From a virus (Duplodnaviria; Heunggongvirae; Uroviricota; Caudoviricetes), in IMG/VR virus record IMGVR_UViG_3300033463_000001, positions 147,298-211,297 of that record: 64,000 nucleotides of DNA. The stretch is one strand, 5' to 3'. The notes beneath the pieces are model-generated. The model searched no databases. It was not told where the DNA came from and worked only from the letters and a program-made list of their open reading frames with translations. The position numbers were made by a program, and so were the translations under genes. Positions 8,848-17,800 of the stretch are shown here, piece by piece; position 1 is the first letter of the stretch; each line of letters opens with the position of its first letter.

Positions 8848-9183
8848 ATGGATGCCATATACTTTTACACACTTGCAGGAGAGGAAGTGTTTGTGTATAT
8901 CGAACACGGAATTTGCAGACTTACTTTCGATAGAAAATGTCCAGATGTATGTTTCGTAAGCACACTCATCGTAAACGAATCAAGTCGCCAGCATGGAATA
9001 GGTAAGCAATTACTTCGCGCAGCGGAGTTGATAGCAAAAAGAAAATGTTGTAATCGCGTCTCTTTGCAAGTCGAAAATAACTCTTGGAAAAAAGAGTGGT
9101 ATGAGAGAGAAGGCTATGATGTAATTGCAGACGGATATGATGAGGGTATGATTATTATGTCAAAAGAATTAAATGAGGACTGA
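8848..9183 (+). CDS. GNAT-family acetyltransferase
   Basis: Acetyl-CoA motif A LIVNESSRQHGIGKQLL (R-x-x-G-x-G), then VSLQV...WYEREGY; 111 aa. Confidence 0.85.
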   Translation: MDAIYFYTLAGEEVFVYIEHGICRLTFDRKCPDVCFVSTLIVNESSRQHGIGKQLLRAAELIAKRKCCNRVSLQVENNSWKKEWYEREGYDVIADGYDEGMIIMSKELNED

Positions 9184-9184
9184 T

Positions 9185-9478
9185 ATGAACGAATCAATTA
9201 TAAACCAAGAACATGTTGCTTTACTAAAACATATGTTTATAGATAATGGCTCATTATGGTATATAATAGCAATTATTATTCTCTTATTCTCATTCAAACT
9301 CTTCTTCTTTTGGGAAGGACGAGCTAAATTATGGGTGAGACTGCCTATTATAAACATTTTAACGTTTATAGTATTGCTTTTACTTGGAGTGATTGAGGAG
9401 TTCTATCTTACTTGTCACCCAGAAGAAAGAACTCCATATTTTAGGACGAGTATATTTCAATTATTTTTTAACAAATAA
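9185..9478 (+). CDS. Membrane protein
   Basis: Two TM-like segments. Confidence 0.7.
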   Translation: MNESIINQEHVALLKHMFIDNGSLWYIIAIIILLFSFKLFFFWEGRAKLWVRLPIINILTFIVLLLLGVIEEFYLTCHPEERTPYFRTSIFQLFFNK

Positions 9479-9482
9479 TATT

Positions 9483-9854
9483 ATGAAAGAACTACAAAGG
9501 AATTACACAACACCGGAACAAAGTCAGATTCTGATTGAGTTAGGGATACCATTGGATAGTGCTGATATGTATTATGCACGCATGAAGCACGATGATTTCG
9601 AATTGCCTAAAGTCATATGGGAATGTTATTCAAAGAGTACAAACCTTCATCCGTACGTATTTACATATCTTCCGTGTTGGTCTGTAGGACGCCTGATGGA
9701 AATATACGATACGTGCTTCAAGTATCCGGAAAGTAGAAGCTCTTGGTGTGCTATCACAAAACTTTCAGGAGTTCCATATGTAAACTACGTACTAGATGCT
9801 TTCCAAAAAGCTGCTAGCGATAATTTGTTGGACTTTTCCAAAATAATGGATTGA
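9483..9854 (+). CDS. Family A paralog 7
   Basis: RNYTTPEQSQILIELGIPLDSADM / PCWSVGRL / DFSKI; start reassigned to 9483 by alignment. Confidence 0.85.
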   Translation: MKELQRNYTTPEQSQILIELGIPLDSADMYYARMKHDDFELPKVIWECYSKSTNLHPYVFTYLPCWSVGRLMEIYDTCFKYPESRSSWCAITKLSGVPYVNYVLDAFQKAASDNLLDFSKIMD

Positions 9855-9856
9855 TT

Positions 9857-10228
9857 ATGAATGTAACAGATTTAATGATTGGCGACATCGTTCTCGCAGG
9901 TGGAAAACCGATACACGTAACGCTTGCAACATTGAGTTGTGGTGTAGATGTAAAACCGATGCCGCTTACAGCGGAAATACTTGAAAAGAACTGGCATGGC
10001 TCCGGACTTGGATGGTATGACGTCTTTATGATGTGGGAAGGAGAATACGACGAGCACAACTTTGCTACTAAATTCTTCGCAGTCCGTGATGCATATCGTT
10101 ATCCTCACTTGCCGAGGTTTTCCATAATCAAAGACGATAAAGATAATGTCATCAAAGAGATTAAGTACGTACACGAGCTGCAACATTGGCTCAAGGTACT
10201 TGGTATTGAGAAGGAGATTGTAGTATGA
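9857..10228 (+). CDS. Conserved phage hypothetical protein
   Basis: DLMIGDIV...VKPMPLTAEILEKN...IKYVHELQHWL pattern common in Bacteroidota phages. Confidence 0.75.
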   Translation: MNVTDLMIGDIVLAGGKPIHVTLATLSCGVDVKPMPLTAEILEKNWHGSGLGWYDVFMMWEGEYDEHNFATKFFAVRDAYRYPHLPRFSIIKDDKDNVIKEIKYVHELQHWLKVLGIEKEIVV

Positions 10229-10386
10229 GTAAAAGTTTACGCAAACGCATCATTCGGCAGTTGGCCGGTGGCGATAAAGCAAAAGAGGATGAGTTGAGCA
10301 AATATTACGGTACAACTCAACTACAAGACTTAAAAGTTATTATTCAAAAACACAAAGAAGAACAATTATGTCAGAAGAAGAATTGA
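10225..10386 (+). CDS. Small hypothetical protein (53 aa, below cutoff)
   Basis: Hand-translated MSKSLRKRIIRQLAGGDKAKEDE...; ATGA overlap. Confidence 0.5.
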   Translation: MSKSLRKRIIRQLAGGDKAKEDELSKYYGTTQLQDLKVIIQKHKEEQLCQKKN

Positions 10387-10616
10387 AAGCCTTTGCTGCA
10401 GATACAAAGCGAATGATTGAGAACGGTGAGAAGTTTCTGAAAGAAGAAGCAGCGATGCAGCGCACCATCGATTTTCTCATCAATGAGTATCACACCAATA
10501 AACGCTGGTTCCGTGAGGAGCCCGGACATGTCACAATCGAAGATATTATCCGAATGACCGCAACACACACCTGGGCTAGCAAGCGCCAGTTTGACTACGA
10601 CCAGAGTAAAAAATGA
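10368..10616 (+). CDS. Hypothetical protein
   Basis: 82-aa ORF in operon. Confidence 0.65.
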   Translation: MSEEELKAFAADTKRMIENGEKFLKEEAAMQRTIDFLINEYHTNKRWFREEPGHVTIEDIIRMTATHTWASKRQFDYDQSKK

Positions 10617-10641
10617 ATTACCAACTCAATACTGTTAATCT

Positions 10642-11028
10642 ATGGGAACGTTACATTGTAATTTCACAAACAAAGGCCAAAGCAACCGCTTGATTGCTGT
10701 TGGCCTACCTGCATCTACAGCAGACTGCGCAATGTGGCAAGGTGGTGATATCAAGGTAAACCCGCACAATGTCGGATTCGACACATTCTTGAAAGAATAT
10801 GTTGATGAAATGGGTCACCAGTATTATACACCCGCTTGGTCTTTTGGAAGACTTATGGAAATTTTCGACCAGTGTTACGAAGGTGAAGATGGTTGGGATG
10901 AATGGCCAAAAACAGGCGAAATGCTTGAATATGCAGACAGTCTAGTCGAGTATATCGTTAAGATATATGAAAGAGGCTTTGAGCGAGGTGGTTTTGACTT
11001 TAGTAAATTAACCCATGAAAAAGCATGA
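10642..11028 (+). CDS. Family A paralog 8
   Basis: CNFTNKGQSNRLIAVGLPASTADC / PAWSFGRL / DFSKL. Confidence 0.85.
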   Translation: MGTLHCNFTNKGQSNRLIAVGLPASTADCAMWQGGDIKVNPHNVGFDTFLKEYVDEMGHQYYTPAWSFGRLMEIFDQCYEGEDGWDEWPKTGEMLEYADSLVEYIVKIYERGFERGGFDFSKLTHEKA

Positions 11029-11207
11029 CAGAAGAAACGAAACAGAAGGTAACCGAAATACTTAATATCGCCACAAAGGTGATTCTTGACAGGTTCCCGG
11101 AATACACTGACAAAGACGACGAGCTGAAGGCCTGTTTGAATGGTTTCATCTACGGAGCACAGTGGATACAAGAACAAATTTATCTTAAAAGCGATGCAAA
11201 AGATTAA
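11025..11207 (+). CDS. Hypothetical protein
   Basis: 60 aa, ends GFIYGAQWIQEQ. Confidence 0.6.
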   Translation: MTEETKQKVTEILNIATKVILDRFPEYTDKDDELKACLNGFIYGAQWIQEQIYLKSDAKD

Positions 11208-11337
11208 ATGCCATACATGCGGGCGCGACTCGAAGCTTGTTTCTGAATACGTTGACGATATACATGGTCTAACTTACAAGTTTCAATGCGGAAAAGGCCA
11301 TGTAAGCATATTGCGAGAATTAGAACGAACTGTATGA
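11194..11337 (+). CDS. Small zinc-ribbon-like protein
   Basis: MQKIKCHTCG...QCGKGH (CxxC...CxxxH). Confidence 0.55.
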   Translation: MQKIKCHTCGRDSKLVSEYVDDIHGLTYKFQCGKGHVSILRELERTV

Positions 11338-11489
11338 AAAAGGTAGGCGTAACAGCAAGTTTCGGCTATAAGCAACCATTTGAGACTCGCATAATTGAGA
11401 TAGACGACAGGCTTGTCAACCATCCTAATCTATCAGAGATATTGGACGATATGCTAAAAGCAGAAATAATTGAATATCACATTATATAA
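11334..11489 (+). CDS. Hypothetical protein
   Basis: ATGA-coupled start, 51 aa. Confidence 0.55.
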   Translation: MKKVGVTASFGYKQPFETRIIEIDDRLVNHPNLSEILDDMLKAEIIEYHII

Positions 11490-11499
11490 CTGAGTAAAC

Positions 11500-12054
11500 A
11501 TGGAACATTTAATATTGCGATGCAAACACTGTCACAAGGAGTATGTGTATTGCACGTACGGGAACGAGGACGGATGCAGCAGGGATTATTGTTCGGAATG
11601 CCAGAAAGCGATAGACGAAGCGCTTAAAGCGATTCCGGTAAAGTACGAAGCTAGATACACGGAAATTCATAACGATAAGATATTTGATGTACTTGCATCC
11701 ACAAAACGGAACTATCTTGAATCGTTAATCGGCACCGACTATCATGTTTCATATCATTTTGCTGTGCCATTTAGCCAGTATGACAATGTAGAGCTATACG
11801 AACACAACCGGCGGAGATATCTAGTAGAATGGAACGATGATGCACAAGACGAAAAACACGTGTATCTTTATAGTGAGTTTGATTTAATCAACCAAACTTT
11901 TACCGGTAAACCATGGACAGATGGAATAAACTGTCGTGATTACTATAGTAAACACAGACCAGTGCATGCCAAAGATATTTCTGTTCAAGGAATGACTCCT
12001 CCAATTGGAAAGATATCATTTATGATGCCTGTTACTCAAAACGCGAATAGTTAA
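11500..12054 (+). CDS. Hypothetical protein with N-terminal Zn-finger-like Cys cluster
   Basis: CKHC...YC...C...YCSEC. Confidence 0.7.
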   Translation: MEHLILRCKHCHKEYVYCTYGNEDGCSRDYCSECQKAIDEALKAIPVKYEARYTEIHNDKIFDVLASTKRNYLESLIGTDYHVSYHFAVPFSQYDNVELYEHNRRRYLVEWNDDAQDEKHVYLYSEFDLINQTFTGKPWTDGINCRDYYSKHRPVHAKDISVQGMTPPIGKISFMMPVTQNANS

Positions 12055-12056
12055 GT

Positions 12057-12302
12057 ATGGTATATTTAATTCTATCTCTTATATTCGGAATTGCTTGTAT
12101 ATTGTTCATTCGCTACGACAAACGTGAGCAGATGTGGCGTACGCTACGTGCCGGCCGCTCGATACAAGTTCAAAGAGGCGACAAATGGTGCTCAAAGCAA
12201 ATCATTGATGTTAGCGAGGACAGCATTAAGATACAACACCATAAGCGCATGACGAAAAGTGAGTTTCTGTCTAAGTTTGATGGCCAACGTTTAACACTAT
12301 AA
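12057..12302 (+). CDS. Membrane-anchored hypothetical protein
   Basis: N-terminal TM segment MVYLILSLIFGIACILFI. Confidence 0.65.
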   Translation: MVYLILSLIFGIACILFIRYDKREQMWRTLRAGRSIQVQRGDKWCSKQIIDVSEDSIKIQHHKRMTKSEFLSKFDGQRLTL

Positions 12303-12310
12303 AATTATAC

Positions 12311-12952
12311 ATGGAGAAAGTTTTAAGAATATGTGATGTACAAAAATACGGGTTGGACAAACTCGAAAGCATCACGCGCGATAAATTAGAAGGATATACG
12401 CGCATAGGCGTAGATGCCTTTTCTGGAAACCAGAATCTTGTTTATATAGATATTCCGGAGTCAGTTACAACAATTGACCAAGATGCATTTAGGGGATGTG
12501 CGCATCTTGTGTTTGTCAACCTACCAAGGCACAATCATTTGACAATTGGTAGCGGCGCGTTCAGGGATTGCCGCATGTTGACACGTGTTGAGTTTCCGGA
12601 ACATATCGAAAACGCAGGATATGGAGTCTTTCAGGGAACAGCGCTATTGCGTGTGAACCACGGAAAGTTGTGTGAGGGTGGTATTATTTTCCATGCTGCA
12701 GTTGCAACAGATGTCAAGCTTGCGCGAGGATGTGTGGTTACAGAAGGTTTATTTGCTAACAACCAGGCTATCCGAAGCTTATATATACCAAATACAATAG
12801 AGCGAATTGGTGATTACGCATTCAGTAGGTGCTCGAATTTAACAACAGTAAAGATTCAGAGACGCCATACAAACAAACCTCTAAAGCTTGGTGCTTTTGC
12901 GTTTCACAAGGCCGGTGGAATATATCCTATTAACGTAGAATTTGTTGACTAA
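12311..12952 (+). CDS. BspA-type (TpLRR / LRR_5) leucine-rich repeat protein
   Basis: Repeats IGVDAFSGNQNLVYIDIPESVTTIDQDAFRGCAHL, IGSGAFRDCRML, IGDYAFSRCSNL; no signal peptide. Confidence 0.9.
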   Translation: MEKVLRICDVQKYGLDKLESITRDKLEGYTRIGVDAFSGNQNLVYIDIPESVTTIDQDAFRGCAHLVFVNLPRHNHLTIGSGAFRDCRMLTRVEFPEHIENAGYGVFQGTALLRVNHGKLCEGGIIFHAAVATDVKLARGCVVTEGLFANNQAIRSLYIPNTIERIGDYAFSRCSNLTTVKIQRRHTNKPLKLGAFAFHKAGGIYPINVEFVD

Positions 12953-12953
12953 C

Positions 12954-13346
12954 ATGAATACATATTTCATTTCCGGGCATCGGAACATCACAGAGAAAGA
13001 GTTTCGAGACAACTATTGCGCATTAATCGACTATGTTCTTGAAAACGACAAAGGATGCCATTTCGTTATTGGTGACTACTACGGTGTAGACATCATGGCG
13101 CAAGACTACCTGATGGACGAACGTAAAATAAGTCCAAAGCGAGTTACAGTGTATCACATGTTTGACGCGCCACGCAATAAAAACAAAAAGATTACCAAGA
13201 CAGTAGGAGGCTTCAAAACGGATTCCGAGCGTGATACTGCTATGACAAATGCTTCAATTGCCGACATTGCATTTGTTCGTGACGAGCTTGTCATGTCAGG
13301 TACAGGCGAGAACATACTACGCAGGCATCTTTTGAAGAAAGACTGA
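12954..13346 (+). CDS. SLOG-superfamily (DprA/YspA-like) nucleotide-binding protein
   Basis: FISGHR, VIGDYYGVDIMA, ERDTAMTNAS, SGTGENI: the SLOG strand-G-x-R, G-x-x-x-G-x-D, R-D/N and GT motif series. Confidence 0.7.
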   Translation: MNTYFISGHRNITEKEFRDNYCALIDYVLENDKGCHFVIGDYYGVDIMAQDYLMDERKISPKRVTVYHMFDAPRNKNKKITKTVGGFKTDSERDTAMTNASIADIAFVRDELVMSGTGENILRRHLLKKD

Positions 13347-13349
13347 ATC

Positions 13350-13375
13350 GGTTGGTGGTTTCACCAACCTTTTTT
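13350..13375 (+). terminator. Intrinsic terminator ending the early accessory operon
   Basis: GGTTGGTG-GTTT-CACCAACC perfect 8-bp stem + T6. Confidence 0.85.
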
Positions 13376-13442
13376 GTTTTCAGTGGATATTGATTTTTCG
13401 ATTCTATGGATATATATTGGTATGAAATTAATACATAATAAC

Positions 13443-13631
13443 ATGGATAAGAAAAAACTTTGGATGTGGATTGTACTTGCAGTAGTCCTCATCGTCGCTG
13501 TAGTCTTGTATTTCACAGTTCCTCCGTTTGCATATGCAACAGGCGGCCTTGCAATTGGTTTTTGCATTGGCCATATCATTGGTGAAAAGGGCTACCTGAC
13601 GAAAAAAACGAAACAAGTTCTGAACGATTAA
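13443..13631 (+). CDS. Small two-TM membrane protein in its own transcription unit
   Basis: LWMWIVLAVVLIVAVVLYF and GGLAIGFCIGHII; bounded by terminators; TATATATTGG at 13411-13420 upstream. Confidence 0.75.
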   Translation: MDKKKLWMWIVLAVVLIVAVVLYFTVPPFAYATGGLAIGFCIGHIIGEKGYLTKKTKQVLND

Positions 13632-13647
13632 CAGGTAATGCAGATTG

Positions 13648-13673
13648 GAGGTGGCTTTTTGCCGCCTCTTTTT
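13648..13673 (+). terminator. Intrinsic terminator
   Basis: GAGGTGGC-TTTTT-GCCGCCTC + T5. Confidence 0.8.
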
Positions 13674-13684
13674 GTTTAAAAACG

Positions 13685-13693
13685 TATTTATAG
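13685..13693 (+). promoter_or_regulatory. Putative late promoter motif TATTTATWG (1/8)
   Basis: TATTTATAG ending 3 nt before ATG 13697. Confidence 0.55.
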
Positions 13694-13696
13694 TAG

Positions 13697-14755
13697 ATGG
13701 CGACTCTTGTAAAACATAACATAGCATGGAAGCGTAGGACTGGTGGTTTAAAACGGCGCCTTGAAAACGTCTATCGAATTCTTGACGGCGATTTGTCGTT
13801 ACCAAAGCCTGTTGAATATGAGGATATAGACAATTCTTTCAAGGATTGGACTAGCACTGTTCTGTCGATACAATTCGACGGCAAAGAGTTACCAACGTTT
13901 ACTCTTTACAGTAATCAGCGTATTAGTGAATACACGCAGAGCTGGCAATACCTGGACGAGACGAATAACTTCTTAATGAACTTCAAAACGGTTACACGCG
14001 AGAATAACCCGAAGTCCGGGACAATCTACGGAGAGAAGGCAAACATCCCTGGAAACCGGAAGTATCTCATCGGTATTAAAGAGGTTATGCAGGAGAATGG
14101 CCTTGTAGGGTACGACGCCTACAGCATGACGCAACCTTTCGCCGTTGACCTTCAATATAAGATTTCTATCATCACGAATAAGTATGAGCTGCTTAACCAG
14201 TTTAACATGATGGTTGTAGGAGAGTTTAAGGCTAAGCAGGCTTATATTTTCCCGAACGGCCACGCGATGTCCATGATACTTGGTGATATCACCGACGAGT
14301 CTGAATACAACATCAACAACCGTAAGTTCTATTCCCAGACATACTCCATAACGGTGCGCGCGTATATTATAAGGAAAGAGGACTTTACTATTACGCATTT
14401 GCCAAATCGCATGAATCTGTACACAACAACAAGTCAGGCAAAGCACCATAAACGCAAGAAAACCAATGTTATGTACATTGATACTGATGAAGGCAGGCGA
14501 GTAATTATAGATTGCACGAACGACGAACAGGTAACGACGCTTACGTACGAAGGCGCAAACAATCTGGATATTACGAATATAGAGCTTCAGAACGTTGATG
14601 ATATCGGCTGGATTCAGGTGAACGGTGAGATTGTAGAGAACCTAGAAGAAAAAGGCTTAGTTATCCAGCCCGGCGACAGGATAGCCATCCAATTTGCGAA
14701 GGACTTTAACGAATCACCAAACACAATAACCCTAACAGGTTCTATACAAAGATAG
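13697..14755 (+). CDS. Putative tail terminator / tail-completion protein (T4 gp15-like position)
   Basis: Directly upstream of sheath; QPFAVDLQYKISIITNKYELLNQFN pattern. Confidence 0.5.
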   Translation: MATLVKHNIAWKRRTGGLKRRLENVYRILDGDLSLPKPVEYEDIDNSFKDWTSTVLSIQFDGKELPTFTLYSNQRISEYTQSWQYLDETNNFLMNFKTVTRENNPKSGTIYGEKANIPGNRKYLIGIKEVMQENGLVGYDAYSMTQPFAVDLQYKISIITNKYELLNQFNMMVVGEFKAKQAYIFPNGHAMSMILGDITDESEYNINNRKFYSQTYSITVRAYIIRKEDFTITHLPNRMNLYTTTSQAKHHKRKKTNVMYIDTDEGRRVIIDCTNDEQVTTLTYEGANNLDITNIELQNVDDIGWIQVNGEIVENLEEKGLVIQPGDRIAIQFAKDFNESPNTITLTGSIQR

Positions 14756-14807
14756 TGAATGACTTCAAAAAATAGTCATCCTAACGCTTTTTGCGATTAG
14801 ACGTAGT

Positions 14808-14816
14808 ATTTATTGA
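14808..14816 (+). promoter_or_regulatory. Putative late promoter motif (2/8)
   Basis: TATTTATTG upstream of sheath. Confidence 0.6.
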
Positions 14817-14874
14817 TAGAACTGTACTATGTACGCAGAGATATTATTAAATTAGAATAATCAAATAACGAACA

Positions 14875-17800
14875 ATGGCTAATAACACTAAGACAAAGGC
14901 TCGTCAAACACACGTTTCTCCAGGTGTGTATAGTCGAGAGGTAGAAATTCCGTATGCAGTCAAGAGCCTTGGTCGCACCAAACTAGCACTGGTTGGTGAG
15001 ACTCAACGCGGACGTGCATTCGAACCGGTGTCTGTTCAAGACTGGACAGCATTCCAAAAGGAGTTCGGTGGCTTAGATGCTAGCAAGTTCAAAGGCAATC
15101 AGTATCCGAAGTACGAGTTGCCATACATTGCTAAGACATACTTGGAGGAATCGAATTCACTGAGTGTTTGCCGTGTGCTTGGTCTCAGCGGTTATAATGC
15201 TGGTCCTGCATGGCTCATTACTGCAAGTGGAACCGACACGGACGAAAAAGGAAATCTGAAGAAAAGAGTCGTTGCTGTTCTTCGTGCACGAGGCGACTAC
15301 AAGAAATCTGTTATGTTCAACAAAAACGCGAACACAGCAGAGACTTGTGCATGTCAATATACTGCATATGATACACTCATTTATCGCGTAGGTGAAAGAA
15401 TGGAGGGTGTTGAAGACTGCCACGGCGTAACGCACTATGACGGTACAGCAGTTTCCATCGAGGAGTACTTCTCTTTGGACAACTACGGTAACGAGTGTGA
15501 AGGATACAACATCAGTGGTGAAGGAAGCGGATTTAACATCAATGTCAACAACCTTGGTCAATTTACAATCAAGGGTCGTTTGTCAACCGGTGGTACTTTC
15601 AGCTATCCTGTATCTCTGAACGCAGCTGATAACAACCAATACATCCTGAACGTATTCGGAACAACTCCTGAAGAGGGCGATGCTCCGTTGTGGGTTGAGG
15701 CTCTGTATGACGTCAACCTTCTTGGTGACGTACAAAGCGGCCGCGTAACTCGTATTGATAGCGAACTGACGTTCATCGACGTTGAGTACACTCCGGAGTT
15801 CTGCGGTACTAAGCCGGTACATAGCCTGCTTAACCGTGGCGAGGAGATGCTGACGAAGGGTATGGTTGGTATGCGCTTCCTTGCAGACCCGACTACTATC
15901 GACGATGGTAATGTTGTAACTGTACATCCGTACGACTATAACACAAACAAACCGTTTGTATGTACTCAAATCAAGGGTACAGAGACAAGTGGTATCGCAG
16001 ATGACCTGTATGCAACCGAAATCGATGGTAACACACTGCTCTTCGACGAAAGCGGTACGGTAATCGACGCACTGGATTCTGGTAGTCCGTACTACGAGGA
16101 GTTCAAGGATTACACTTCTACTCCTGCATTGACATCTCTTGGTGTCTGCGGCAGCACATGCTGCACTGTTAAGGCAAAACTGAGTAACGGCCTTGTATTC
16201 ATTCAAGGTTGTGAGCTTGGTCAAATCTATACCGTTAAGATGTTTACCGATAAAGATGGTAAGCGTAATTATGTATACGCATACTATCCGGAGAACATCG
16301 TTCGTAGCGAATTGAGTCTTGGCGTCGGTCAAGGTTACAAGGTAGATATCGTTCCTATCATGGATAAGCTGATTGATACAGACCAACCTCGCGCTATTGA
16401 CTATCAGTTCAACGATAACGAGAACAAGCGTGCATTGGCATTGTTTGCTGACGGATACTACTATCGTATCAAGGATGGCAAGATTGCTCGTGTAACGATG
16501 GATATGAACAACTATAAGTCTCAGTATCGTCACGCTATCACTCCGTGGCTTGTTAGTCAGGTTAAGGGTGACACGAAGACTATCAACCTTGTTAAGTTGT
16601 TCCGCTTCCATACAATCAATGACGGTAAAGAGGCAAACAAGGACATCAAGGTGTCTATTGCAAACATTCTTCCTGACCAAGCATTGTTCGATGTATACAT
16701 TCGTGATATCAACGATAGTGATGGTTCTCCGAAGATTCTTGAGCGCTACACCAAGTGTTCATTGCTTCCTGGCGACCCGCGCTTCCTTGGTTACAAGATT
16801 GGTACATTCGACGGTGAGTTCGAGCAGAAGTCTGCATATGTAACTGTTGAAATTGCAGAAGGTGACGCTGTAACAACTGCAGTACCTTGCGGTTTCTTGG
16901 GTTACCCGACTAATATCTATTCTGGTATCATCGCAAGCGGTAAGACGAACAGCGAGGCTATTGTTTCTCCGGACATCGTTTACAACACAATGTACGACGA
17001 AGACCTCCGTGCAAGGAAACAGTACTTCGGTATCTCCGACTTGACTGGTTACGACATCGACTTATTTACCTTCAAGGGACGCAACGTTTATACAGAGGAT
17101 GCAACATATCTTGGTAACGGTTTCCACTTGGATTGCCGTCTTGGCAGCGACAGTTACATGACTGGCGTTGAGCCTGCTGAGATTCTTGTTGACGGTAAGG
17201 CTGGTTACGTATTCTCTACTGTAGGTGTAAGCGAGCATACAGAAGGCCACGAAGGCGCTCCTGTTCTCACTAACGAGACTACTATGGAGGACAACCTGTA
17301 CAGTGACGTTGCAATCCGTAAGTTCACATTGTTCTTCTACGGTGCATTCGATGGATGGGATGTATACCGCGACCAGCGTACCAATACTGACGATTTCAGT
17401 ATCAAGAAATACAAAGGTATCATCAGTACTACCAACGGTGAAGGCCGTACGTTCGAAGCAATTCAGGACGCAGAGGCTCTTGAACTTGAGAGTCCGGGTA
17501 TTACTTCTGACTACTACGCATATCTGTCCGGCTATCGTCAATACTGTAACCCGTCGGCTATCGACATCAACATCTTCGCAACACCTGGTATCGACTACGT
17601 TAACAACGGAGACTTGGTTAAAGAGGTTATTGACATGATTGAGGAAGAGCGTGCAGATTCCATCTACGTTATCACAACGCCGGATAAACCTGCAGGCGCA
17701 TCTGACGACAAAGCATCTATGTATACCGCACAAGAGGCTGCTGACAACTACGTAGATAGCGATATTAGTAGCAACTACTGCTGCACATCATATCCTTGGG

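Noticed and set aside
1309-11028. Diversity-generating retroelement or CRISPR-like array as the explanation for the paralog repeats
   Set aside because: No reverse transcriptase or cas gene in the window and no near-identical template/variable pair differing only at adenines. The repeats are protein-coding with mostly synonymous divergence rather than identical non-coding repeats.
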